NCBI RefSeq assembly: GCF_009914755.1
Contig: NC_060929.1
Length of the DNA stretch: 64,000 nucleotides
Strand: one strand, 5' to 3'
DNA from: the human T2T-CHM13v2.0 reference genome, Homo sapiens
The translations under genes and the position numbers were made by a program. Positions 31,138 to 44,644 of this stretch are shown here, in pieces (positions within the stretch are counted from its first letter, which is position 1; every line of letters starts with the position of its first letter). The notes under the pieces are model-generated. The model did not search any database. It had not been told where the DNA came from and saw only the letters and a list, made by a program, of their open reading frames with translations.

Positions 31138-31998
31138 CAAGACCCAAAGTTTCTGGCAATTCATTACAACAGAAATTCAAACTAATAGATGTCTCAATAA
31201 AAACGTGCTAAAATAATAAATAGATGAACGAAGGAAACATCAGGAGTAAATGTAAATCTCTTTCTGATATGAAACCAGCTATGAGATAAATATTATCTAA
31301 AATGTTATTTTTAATAGGATCCTGTTTTTTTCTCCTTATCCTTTAAAGATAAATCTTTAATTTTCCTTCATGTAAGATATGTGGGTTAGAAGGACGCTTG
31401 CTCACAGGTGATCTTTGGTGTTTAATCAGCTCCTGACTTTTACAGTGGTGTCAAATTCCACTGACCACGTTTTTACTTCTTCAAAGGGGACATCTGAAGT
31501 GTCTTGCTTCCCAACACCTTCTAGTCTTACCAGGAAAAAGACTAGTCTAATTGTTGCAAGTTAAGGTTGTGACTTCCCTTCCACATTTTATGACACACAC
31601 CCACTTGCTGTTAATAGAAACAGAGAAAGAGACACTTTCCTGGCTTGGTACACCTACAGCTGATCTCTACAGCTGATCTCTGTTAATCAATTGGAGTTGA
31701 GTAACAACTCAACTCTACAGCTGATCTCTGTTATTCAACTGGAGTCCCTCTGAGTTGGTTATTACATTATAAGACTAGTTATTATTTCTTTCTCAGAATC
31801 CTACTCCTTGTACACATACAACTATATTTTAAGTCACCAAAGATGAGAATTTAAGAAATCATAAATTTCTACTTGTTTTCACTTACTAATTTGGTCAGTG
31901 TTTTTTTTAAGGGCAAAAAATGTGTAGGTCTGTAAGTCAGTGGAGTTAAATGAGAGTTCTTAAAATATTCTTCTTAGTTAATTCTTCTTCTTAGTTAA

Positions 31999-32757
<759 letters not shown>

Positions 32758-32871
32758 ATAAGAAAAATGTCTTTCAGTAAGATAACTATCTTATATTTTT
32801 ACATAAAAACTTAGTCTACGTGAAATTTCATTTTCTCAAAAAGGAGTTTTCACCTTAATAATGTCTTAAGA

Positions 32872-33164
32872 TTTTTTTTTTTTCAAACAGAGTCTTGCTC
32901 TGTTGCCCAGGCTGGAGTGCAGTGGCGTGTGATCTCGGCTCACCGCAACCTCTGCCTCGCGGTTCAAGCAATTCTCCTGTCTCAGCCTCCTGAGTAGCCG
33001 AGACTACAGGCGTGCTCCATCATGCACGGCTAATTTTTGTATTTTTAGTAGAGACAGGGTTTCACCATGTTGGCCAGGCTGGTCTTGAACTCCTGACCTC
33101 GTGATACGCCCGCCTGGGCCTCCCAAAGTGCTGGGATTACAGGAGTGAGCCACCATGCCTGGCT
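32872..33164 (-). mobile_element. AluS (Sc/Sg-like), full length
   Basis: Complete dimer; TSD tcttaagattttt/tcttaggattttt. Confidence 0.95.
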
Positions 33165-34220
33165 TATCTTAGGATTTTTCTAACATCAAGATTCTTGTCC
33201 AAGTTTTCTAAAAATAAATTTTAATTGTTAATATATTTTTATTTTAGAAATATGCTATCATATTTGCAGGATTTATAAAACAGCTAACTTTAGTCTGTGG
33301 AAAGATTCCAATTCATACGGTGATTTGAAAATATTCCTCAAAGTTAATCTGGGCATGTTTTATCTTTATTTACAAGGGTCATTTTAATATTTATTATTTT
33401 TGGTGCTACGTAGTCTTTCTTAACATCATAATTGTTGGTTATATTGGCCTGACTGAGGTTAGCATTCTTTAGCATTGTTACCAAATAGCATTAGCACTCT
33501 TCTGTCCTTATAACTAAAACAAATTGTCCTTTCCCAACATATACAAAACAAACAACAACAAAACAGAAACAACGCTAACATTTATTGGGCTAATTATAGA
33601 ATATATAATTTAATTCTGAGAACATACCATGAAGATGAAAACTCCCCATATTACAGATGAAGAATCTTGGTAAAACACCACTTTAACCATGTTCCCAGGA
33701 AGATGGACTACAGATTAGATGTCCCATGTAACAGCAGGCTACTCATTGCAGCTAGGAAGTCCACTGCGTAACCAAAGTTGACTCTTGTAATTTTAGGGAA
33801 AACTAATTAATTTAATTGTGGCCTTTAAGTTGCACATATCATAAGACTGAACAACATTCTTCACCCACACTTGAAATGAAAAAATTACTTGTACTAATTT
33901 ACAAATAAGGATTTGAACATAGCAATCCTCTTGCTTCTATACATAGTATCTTTCTCTAGACCACAAAAAAAAATCCGGATCGGGATTATTGTCTTTTACT
34001 CCTAAAGAGCTATTACATTTTTAGTAAAGCTATTGTTCTTATTCATACATTTATGATTTAAGAAGTATTTTCAGTGCTTACTCTTACATACCAGTCACCA
34101 TGTTGGTACAATTTGAACTAACATTAGGACTCTATAAATTTTCAACTCTTTAGGAATCTCACTCCTCCTAGTAGCCCCCATATTTTTAAATGTAATGTTT
34201 TACTATTTTCTCTTCTACTT

Positions 34221-34410
34221 CAGGGCTTAGAAAAAAAATTCTGTAAAGTGCTAGATATCTAGTCAGTATTTTAGATGGTATGAGTCAGACAGTTCTGGTC
34301 ACAGCTACTCAGTTTGGTTGTTGAAGCTCGAATGTGTGGCCATGTTCCAATAAAGCTTGATTCATAAAAATAGGCGATGGTCCAGGTTTGACCCAAGGGT
34401 CATAATTTCC
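34221..34410. mobile_element. MER58A-like hAT-Charlie DNA transposon
   Basis: ttctgtaaag, gtcacagctactcag, gtgtggccatgttccaataaagctt, gtttgacccaagggtcataattt. Confidence 0.7.
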
Positions 34411-35101
34411 CTTCAGCATACAAACATGTTCAAGTCTTTCACATACTAAAGGTCAATCTTTGTAAAGGTTAACCTTCTAGATAATCTACCTTATTATTCT
34501 TTATCTTCAATATTTATGAATGGAATTGTTACACTTTTTCTCTATTTCCTCACCTCCCACTGAATTCTTAAATCATTGAAATCTTACTTTTGCCTTTATC
34601 ACAACTTTGTAATGCTTCTCACTAGGACTAAATCTAATGACATTTTTAGAAATTACCATATTTTATATCTCCATCAATGATTACACATTGGATCACTTTT
34701 TTATGTTTTGCATAACATCTTCCAAAGATAGCAATAGTTTCTCTCACTCCATGTGCTTTCCAAGAACTTTGCCACTCTCCCGTCAAAGGGGGAATCGAAT
34801 TCTTTTCACTTTAATCTGGATAGGCTTGTAACCAATAGAAACCTGCAGTAGTGAGTGGATGACTTCTGAGGTTAGGTCATAAAAAATAATATGCAGCTTA
34901 TGAGTTGGAACACTTGAACCCTGTGCCACCAGATAAGCCACTCTACTGTTCTGAAGCAGTAAAGAAGACCAAACTTGTCTGGATGAAGAGACTCAATAGA
35001 GAAGCTTGAGATTAAATGAAGATAGAGATATGTGAGGATATCTCTCAGCTGCTGCAGCTCCAGCCATCATTTGATCCAACTGCATCAGGCATCTTTGGCC
35101 A

Positions 35102-35493
35102 AGTTATGGTCTGAACGTTAGTGCCTCCCCCAGAAATTTACATGTTGCATTACATGTTGCCGTAACCCCCAGTGTTTTGGCATTTAGATTTGGGAGGTAA
35201 TTAAGTTTAAATAAAGACATAAAGGTAGTCTTGCATTGGGATTAGTTTCCTTAAAAGAAAAGGAAGAGAGACCAGAGCTCTCTATCTCCCCACATACAAA
35301 AAGAGTTAAGTCATGGGAGCATGCATTGAGAAGACAGCCATCTACCGGCCAGGAAGACAGCCTTCACCAGGAATGAAATCTGCCAGTAAATTAACCTTGA
35401 ACTTCCCAGCCTGCAGAACTATGAGAAACAAATTGTCTGTTGTTTAAGTCACCCAATCTATGGTATTTTGTTATAGTAGTCCAAGCTAAGACA
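35102..35493 (+). mobile_element. MLT1A/MSTD-like LTR nested in the older MLT1
   Basis: Starts gttatggtctgaacg, ends ttatagtagtccaagctaagaca; 5-bp TSD ggcca/agcca. Confidence 0.75.
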
Positions 35494-35520
35494 AGCCAGA
35501 ACCACCAAGACAAGCTTTTC

Positions 35521-35716
<196 letters not shown>

Positions 35717-37599
35717 TAAATTCCTGACACACAGAATCTTAAAGATATAATGGAATGATAGTTACTGTTTTGAGCACTCAGATTGTGGACTGATTAGTTA
35801 CAAAGCATTAAACAACTGAGACAGAGTTTCAAATCACCCCTGCTTTTTTTTTTTTCCTTCAGGCCCTGATTATTTTAAATGTACCTCTGCTTTTCTAATA
35901 TTCTTTCTCATCCTATTTTACTTTGTTCTTCTTAAAAATTCCCAGAGGTATTTTGCATTCACAATTACATTCCCCCACGTATCTCAAATTCTAAAATTCT
36001 CTAGACAAAATCCATTATCCTCACTGCTTTTCAAACGGTTCTTCCCTTCTTTGGAAATCCTGCATAGAGTACTAGCATTCATTCAATTTTTCAAGCTAAA
36101 AAATAGAGAGTCACCATATCTCTTTTGTTTCCTTTACATTATCACCCCACATTGCAGTAAGTCCCTCATTCCTTGTGATTTTCTAAATGTTTTTTCCACT
36201 GTCAATTGTTCTACATATCACTAATAGAATATTGCATAGCTGAAGAAAAAGTCTGATTTTCTCACTTTCTGTGGAGGAATCAGAAAAGTGTTTCAAGAGC
36301 AGTTAAATATGCCTCATGCTGTCCTGACAGGCTATAGGCTAAAATATGCGCAGCCACCCATCAAAGTGCTCAGCAGATCTAAAAGGCCTTCCATTTACAA
36401 AGACATTCTCTGCTTAGGAGACGAATGTGGTAAAGGGACCATTGCAGTATAGCTTATGCAAGATGCCCAGAGTCAATCACTTTGCAAAGGGGTCAAAGAT
36501 ATGGGTCAATCACTTTGTGATGCTCAATTCTAGACACTCATCCCCGGCCAAATACTCACTCTTTTTATTGAAGACTATTACATTAGACACCTTTCCCAAG
36601 TAGGCCCGTTCTCTTCTCTTACTACTGTATCCTCAGATGCTCACTCCTGCGTGCTCCAGCAGCAGGCTCTTGCTTTACACAAACCTAGCATATGAGTCAT
36701 CACTCAGCACTCAAGACACCAGATATTTACAGACCTTTTTTATCATTAAATGTTGGCCCCTTTCAAAGCATTAGTGGATTATTCGCCCACTCCCTTCCAT
36801 CCAGCCCTTTGGTGACTATTTTTTTAGCTTAAAATTAAGAAGGTGTTAAGTTAATGGTTTTTGAAGAATTAATCTAAGAATGAAGGATTAATATCAATTT
36901 GTGTTTGTTTCTTCCTCTAAAATAGCCAGAGATTTTGTTCTCTTAACTATGAGGATTTCAAATAATTGGTGACATTTTCTTATTATTCTTGTTTGGGAAT
37001 ATCGGAAGGAGATATTACCTCATAATTCAAAGTGGGGTTGAGATAAATAATATACTCTGGGGATGGAAAAACCTATTCCTAAGAGAAAATTACCATATTT
37101 CTTTGAAGCTTTAGAGAATAAGTATGTTCTTGGAAAGTCTCAAATTATAATACACAAAAGACTAAATAGACTATTTCAGGAACTTACTAGTATGTATGTT
37201 CATATGTCTGATAGTAACAGGTACAGAATAAAAAATGTTAATTATCAACTTTGTGAGAAATGTGTTAGTGTTTTCTTTTTCACATATATAATAAGACATT
37301 TTATAAGGAATATCAAAATAGTATAGAGTTCAGGAGTGAAGACATACGAAACAATGCAAGTTCAACCAATAATTGCGTGGAGAGATCGGCGAAAAAAATG
37401 TAAGTAAAGAAAATATGAATGCAAATTTATATCAATATGGTTACATGAAAACATGGTGTTCAGATAAAAATAGTGGAAAAAATAAATAAAAATTAAATAT
37501 TAAAAAATCACAAAGGAAGAGATATAGATTAGTAGTAACACATATGTGATAAATAATCCAGCATTTTTATTGTCAATAAATTGCTTTGTAGCTACAAGA

Positions 37600-38290
37600 A
37601 ATCAGTATAGGTCTTCATTTGAAGTGTTGCACTTCAAAATAGGGAATGGCTACATCCCTTATCCCTCACTGATAAAACTAAATATGGATCATTGTGTTCT
37701 GTTCTGGCCTTGATATTTTAATAGCACCATAGGGGGAAAAAGGTTTAAAGGCAAGTAATTAGGATTTTGAAGGTTCACATAAAGATGGTTCAAACAAATG
37801 AGAAAATCATATTTTAAACAGACATCTGGTGCGTGGACCTAGAGAAATTTCTATTACTAAGGAATAGAAATTACAAAGACAAAGAGTTCAACTTGATATA
37901 AATAATTCTATAACAGTGTTACATAACATTAAATGTAACATTGTTATATAACATTTAATGTTATAGTTATATAACATTAAATGTTATAGTTATATAACAT
38001 TTAATGTTATAGTTATATAACATTTAATGTTATAGTTATATAACATTTAATGTTATAGTTATATAACATTAAATGTTATAGTTATATAACATTAAATGTT
38101 ATAGTTATATAACATTAATTGTTATATAACAATCTGATTGTTATAGAATTATTTCATTCAGTTTTTATTAACTTGAGCTGTTCATTGTTTCATTTCAGTT
38201 TTTATTAACTTGAGCTGTTCAATACAAAGGAAGTGTGACCCCTCCGTGGAAGATTTAGCATTTTCTATAATGTCATAATTTAACACTTGG
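37600..38290 (+). mobile_element. L3/CR1 remnant
   Basis: tatggatcattgtgttctgttctggccttgatattttaa and gagctgttcaatacaaagg resemble the CR1 3' region; boundaries approximate. Confidence 0.5.
37900..38154. repeat. Palindromic AT-rich 23-bp minisatellite (7 full copies) inside a 16-bp inverted repeat
   Basis: Unit gttatataacatt(t/a)aatgttata at 37943-38103; arms aaataattctataaca (37900-37915) and tgttatagaattattt (38139-38154). Confidence 0.95.
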
Positions 38291-40540
38291 GCATTTACAA
38301 CACAGAATAGGACAAAGAGGTAAAAATAACAATAACACACAAATGCACACACTGACAAGTGCCTCCTAAGGAAAGTGTATCTCCGTATAGAGAAGGCATT
38401 TTGGCCTGCAGAAAGCCTTTGAGTGTTATCCTGGAGTTTGAGGGGAGGAGTATAAAAAAGGTTAGTATCTCCAGACTACCAAGTGAGAAGAACTTGGCAT
38501 TTATTTAAATAACTTAGGAAAGTGAGTGAAATATAGAAATTACAGAGAAAGTAAGAGATAAGAAAGGCCTCTGAACTGGCATGAACCCAGGTACTGCATG
38601 CAGCGAAGGGGCCAGAGTAAAATGTCTGGTGGTTTGGTAGCTGAAACCATAGACAGGATTATTGATGTTTAGTTTGTGGTGTTTGACTGATGCATTTATC
38701 CCTTCAGTCTCCTCAAGTCTGGATTCAGCCCTATTGTCCACACAGAGCAACAGATGAGAATGCTAGCACATTTTTATTTTGTTTGTGGAAATATGGGAAG
38801 GAGTAACATAGTTCTCATATAGAGGTAAAGTTTAGGTCGACAATCATGCAATTCAGAAGAAAAAGACTTGAGGGCCAGTAAGATTTTTTAATAAACTGAA
38901 AGGGATTTTATATGAGCTGATGCTTTTCCAGGGATTCACAAAACACATGGAGAAGGCTTTGGGTTTCTCATTGCTTGAAATTTTGGAAAGTGGGTTGATT
39001 TCAAATAAAGTCAACTCTGATAGAGAAAAGGAAACCTCCATTGTCATCTGCAGGCACTGAACAAACACTTGTTGAGTTGATGAATCACTATATAAAGCCA
39101 AAACCATTGCTTACCGGCAGACTAGATTAATTCCTACAAAGGGCCCAAATATTTCTTCCTTCTGATTGGCCCCAAAGTGACTCATATTGTATTTTAGCAC
39201 AAAAATATTTGCCAATGTAAGTTTAAGAAAAAAATTAAGATTTTCATGACAAGTAGATTTTCAAGGAGAAAAACCATAAAATTCTGATTATAAATTTCTT
39301 CAGCCAAACTTAGAAGCTTACTTGGTAAACATCAGTTCATCTCCTATCTAATAGTGTGATGACAACTTCCTCCCCAGGAATAATACAAGGATTAAATCAA
39401 ATGTCTCATGTAAGCAGGTAGTATGGGATCACATCATCTGGACTCAAATTTTAACTGGGGTAAATCAATAATGAGTGTCATTTTTGCAGTTCAAACATAA
39501 GCAGAGCAATGGATATTATATCATACATCTATTTAAAATAGTATGGTATATAATGTAGCACTTGTTTTAGACAGTTCCAAAAGTACTCAATTTTCAGCAA
39601 TTAAATACATGTAAAGCACATGGCTCACGGGACTTAGTATGCGCTCAAAAAGAACAGCTGTTATGATTTTATTGATATAAAAATAGTAATGTCATTTTTA
39701 TAATAATTACAATAATTGAGTTTACATTTTAAACTAATAGAAAAATATACAGAAATGTGAAGAATATTGAAGCTAATATTGAATTCCAACCTGATCATAT
39801 AAAAATCAAGAAATCACTGTCTAAGCGCCTACAAGATCAAGGTTGAAAAGTTTTATGCATAGTTTGATGTCTACCCACTAACATCCCTATTAAACAAGAA
39901 AAGCATTTAAAAGTTTGTTGCATGCCTTCTCCAAAGGTAGTAAAATTAATTAGGGAGATGTGCAGGCTGCTGATTCATTTGATTATATCTTACTAGCTAA
40001 AGTGCAAAATTTCCCTGCTAGGTCTGTTGCCTAAAGGAGTTTTGGTTGATTCATCACCTCTTTCACTCATAGGGTTGATCACTGCAAATGACTTTATTGA
40101 CCCATGGTTTGGTTCAGCATCATATGCTCCAGTGAACCAAGCAACAAACAGCTGCTAAGTGCAGGTGAGAAGTTGTCATGGAAAATTCAAGAACTGAATC
40201 AGCATACTCTCTGCCATCAGGCTCCCGTGCTGTCACAGATTTCTGAGTTTCTTATTTGACAGGGATAATTTTTAAAGGGACTTGTCCTAGAATACTGTAT
40301 CTTCTTATGGACTTTCATGACTTTTAAACAGTCATGGAGAGTGCTGTAGTTCTAGAACCCAAATTCCAGATACCTAGATTGTTAGTCACAATCATATTAC
40401 ACTTTTAATGATTTAATACATGTCGATGAAAATTTCAAGCCAAATAAAATTGTGATAAAGTAGTATATAACAGTTAAGAATTGAAAAAGTATGTTAGGAA
40501 TCATCTAATGACTTTAACCACTGCCCTGGCCCCCAACACT

Positions 40541-40544
<4 letters not shown>

Positions 40545-40597
<53 letters not shown>
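40545..40597. repeat. (CA)~26 microsatellite
   Basis: Read directly from the sequence. Confidence 0.97.
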
Positions 40598-40599
<2 letters not shown>

Positions 40600-40894
40600 C
40601 TACATTCACAAATCCATTAAGACTCAAAGGTAATTCAAGAGCAGAGAGATTCAGAGTGGAGAAATCTCAGCTGGTATCAGCTGCTTCTACCAAGCAGCAT
40701 TATCAGCTTCTCCTAGTTAGAAATAGCCTGACCTTCATGACAACTCTTCTATTTAGAGCTGCTCTAAGTCTTTCTTCTACTAGACTAAGTTTAGGGTGAA
40801 TTGGAAATTATGCTTTATTGTTGTCATAGGTACATAACAAATGTTTGTTAAGTAGGTGAATGAATTAAAGAGTAAATTCTTAAGTTACATGCAA

Positions 40895-41850
40895 TATTAT
40901 GAGAATTAGAAGACGAGCCACAGACTGCAAGAAAATATTTTCAAAAGACATATTTCAAAAAGGTCTATTATCCAACATACACAATACATCCTAAAAGTCA
41001 GCAGTAAGAAAATTAACAAACTAAAAAAAATCAGCAAAAGACTTGAACAGATGTCTTAACAAAGAAGATAGATAGAAAGTAATATAAAACAATGTTCCAT
41101 ATCATATATCATTAGAGAAACGCAAATTAAAACAATGAGATACTGCTATACATGTGCTAGAATGGCCAAAATTCAGAACTTTGACAATATTGAATGCTGG
41201 CAAGGATATGAAGCAACAGGAACTTACATGTTTTGCTAGTGGGGAAGATAAATTGCATAGCCATAGTGGAAGACAGTTGGCCAGTTTTTTACAAAACTAA
41301 GCAAATCTTACCTTGCAATCTAGAGTCATGTTCTTTGGTACTTACCCAAATAAGTTGAACATTTACATACACACAAAACACTGCACATGGATGTTTATAG
41401 CAATATTATTCATAATTGTCAAAACTTGTAAGTAAGCAAGATATCCTTCAATAATTGAGTGGAAAAATAAGTTGTGCTGCATGAGGACAATGGAATATTT
41501 TTCCGTGCTATAAAGAAATGAGCTATCAAACCAAAAAGACATGGAGCAACCTTAAATTCATCTTACTAAGTGAAAGAAACCAATCTGACAAGGCTACATA
41601 TTGTATGATTCCAATTATAAGAAATACTGGAAAACTATGTAGTCAAAAAAAGATCAGTAGTTGCCAGGGGTAAGGGTGGAAGGAGAAACGAATAGGTCAA
41701 GCATAGAAGATTTTTTTAGGGAAGCTCAACTATTCTGTATGATTCTATAATAGTGAATACATGTCATTATATATTTGTCAAAGCACATAGCATGTACAGC
41801 ACTAAGAGTAAATCCTAAGAAATAAAGTCTATTCAAAAGAGAAAAAAATT
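40895..41850 (+). mobile_element. L1MC-type 3' end
   Basis: gccacagactgcaagaaaatattt, ctaagtgaaagaaaccaatctgacaaggctacatattgtatgattccaa, terminal aataaagtctatt plus A-rich tail. Confidence 0.85.
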
Positions 41851-42919
41851 AAATGCAATAAAAATGGTTTTCTAAGTTGAAATAATTCCAGGTTCATGAT
41901 TGAACATTAGATATGAAACTGATTTTTTTCACCTCGTAATGTCTTCATTATTAATTTATTTCAGTATCTAAAAGAATTCCAAAAAGTTCAAAACAAATGA
42001 CATCCTGCATTTTTTATTTGAAAATATCAATTATATGGTATTATGCTAAGAGCTGCCTCACAAGTTCCAAATCAAATAGGCTATTATGAACAAAAAGTGT
42101 ATGCAATAAATTTTACAGCAATATTCAAAGGTATTACAATAAAAATTTAGAGAAGTTTAATTATAAAATTCATAGACATAGTCTCACAAAAACCAGAGAT
42201 CTATAATAGAAAAGAAAATAGGTGACCTACTTTACACATTCACAAATCCAAAGGGTAAGATAATTTAGTGGGAATTGATTTTTCACTTAAAATAGTTAAT
42301 ATATCTAATAAATTCTTGGAAATAGAAATAGAAATTAGTATCAAGAGTTTTAAAGTTGCTTGGGGACAAGGAGAAATATGAGTTTGGTACTATACACAAA
42401 GGAATACAGGATATTATTGTTCAATAATGCCTAAAGAATCTTCCCAGAACATGAGAATATTTGAGAAAACATTTCAAGGCAACCTTATGTACCTATGTTA
42501 CTAAGCAAAATGTGGAATGGGGTTAGTAAACATTTTAATAATATGATATATATAAAGGCATGGTTGCCAAAAATTAATTGATCTGAATACTGTATATGAT
42601 AAAAATGTGTTTCACCTGCATTTAGTATTATGATGTTAAACAGAATTAACTAGAACGTTATATTCTAATATATCTTATAATTATTATTAAAAATGCTATA
42701 ATTACTGTCTTGTAATTATTTTCTTCTCTTAAAGGTAGTATTTGACCAGCCAAGAAAAAAACAAAAACTGGACCTTTATTCTTTTATTGGTAAATTTAAA
42801 ACAGCGTTGTGGAATAAAACATTATTGCGTAACTTTCTTAATGTAAAATTAAAACAATATGAAAAGGCATAGCATTTAATAGGAACAATTAGGTTTAAAT
42901 CATAGAATAAGTTTGTTTA

Positions 42920-43072
42920 GCACTTCTACATCTTTAACATGGTTATGAACCACCCGAGGATAATGTTAAAATGTATATACTTATTCAGTTAATGCTGGTG
43001 TATTTCTATCATTTTTAACAAGCTCCTACTTAATGTCAATTCTACTGGCATATAGATCATACTTTGAGAAGG
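42920..43072. mobile_element. MER5A-like DNA transposon fragment
   Basis: catttttaacaagctcc...gatcatactttgagaag. Confidence 0.5.
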
Positions 43073-43638
43073 TAGGTTTTTTTTTTTTTAGCATGGTGAC
43101 CTAACTAATCTAGATCATTTTTTTCCATAACACATGAAAAACTTAACTCCAAAAGTATCAGTAAGAGCTGACTCACACAGAGTTAATCATTACTCTAGGA
43201 GTTATAACATGACAGCAAAAAAAGCATAAATGTCTCTGCAACAAATAATATATTTTTATTTTTCAATTACTTCACAGTTGAAAAATAGAGGATGGGGCAG
43301 AGTGAGAAAAAGTATATTGGTGTCAACGGAAATGTTGACATATGTGAGAGCTCATAAATGAAAGTATCATCTAAACACAATAACAAAAGTCTGAAATTTA
43401 CAAGTTAAAATGTAGACAAACAATTGTTTCTTGTGTGATCAGCATTTTGAAGCACAGTTTCAAGCTTAACAGAATAGGAATATACTTTTATACTTTTGGC
43501 ATAGCCAGGTCTAGAATGGCTTCTTAATCTTCCCCAATTAAATTGTTGACAGTTAAATTGTTGACAGTAAGTTCAACTCGTTTTTTGTGTGTTTTTTTAA
43601 ATAAATAAAATTTAGAAAGGAAACTACTTAAATGTCAA

Positions 43639-43708
43639 TTTTTTTTATTATACTTTAAGTTCTAGGGTACATGTGTACAAGGTGCAGGTTTGTTACATAT
43701 GTATACGT
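43639..43708 (-). mobile_element. Very short young L1PA 3' end (~70 bp)
   Basis: ttattatactttaagttctagggtacatgtgtacaaggtgcaggtttgttacatatgtatac is the reverse complement of the L1PA2-5 3' terminus. Confidence 0.9.
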
Positions 43709-44345
43709 TTTAAATTGGTGTTCATGAGTTTGAGAATCTTTTGCTGCTGCAGTTCAGGTACCCATTCACAGGCTCAAATTAAACAACTGGTTGTGACAAA
43801 TCTAAAGTGTACTTAGTATGCACAAAATACTAACTGATATGTTAGAGAGCTCTATTGCTTAGGTAACTCATTTATTTACATTACATCTAGTACCATAGTA
43901 GTCACAAAAGAGCTCCTTAAACTCATATTATTAGCCAAAACAAAATGGCGCTCTGATCTTGAGGCTAACATTTGAAATTAAATAAACTAGTAGAGAAGCC
44001 TATGTGTGATATATTTGCCCCAGTAACCTCTAGTTATAGAAGGAACCCATGGTAAGTTTAATCTATGACTATTAATAAGTACCCTACTTCTATCTTTTGA
44101 TCAAATTAGATCATGTTACCCCATGATTTAGAAACCATCAAAGACTTATTCACAACATCCATTTTCCTTAGCATAGTAATAATTATATACTTCCACAATC
44201 GGTTCACCTATCTCTCCAGGGCCCATACTTCCTGCTTCCTCATAACGACCTTACATTTCAGCCATGGTGAACAACATGCAATTTTCACATCCCTCCATAA
44301 TCGTTCTTAATCTTCCCACAATTATTTCTTGCATTATTATCACAG

Positions 44346-44347
44346 TT

Positions 44348-44386
<39 letters not shown>

Positions 44387-44644
44387 TTTTAGATGGAGTT
44401 TCGCTCTGTCACCCAGGCTGGAGTACATTGGTGCAATCTCTGCTCACTGAGACCTCCACCTCCCAGGTTCAAGCAATTCTCCTGCCTCAGGTTCCTGAGT
44501 ATCTGGGACTACAGGCACATGCTACCATGCCAAGCTAATTTTTTGTATTTTCAGTAGAGACGGGGTTTCACCATCTCTCTGGTTGGGCCAGGCTGGTCTT
44601 GAACTCCTGACCTCAGGTGATCCAGCTGCCTTGACCTCCCAAAA
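44346..44644 (-). mobile_element. AluS with (TTTA)n tail, slightly 5'-truncated
   Basis: Alu body ends at ctcccaaaa; probable TSD tcacagtttta/tcaccatttta. Confidence 0.93.

Noticed and set aside
37943-38103. 23-bp repeat array as a CRISPR array
   Set aside because: Head-to-tail units with no unique spacers, no cas genes, and a primate repeat context.
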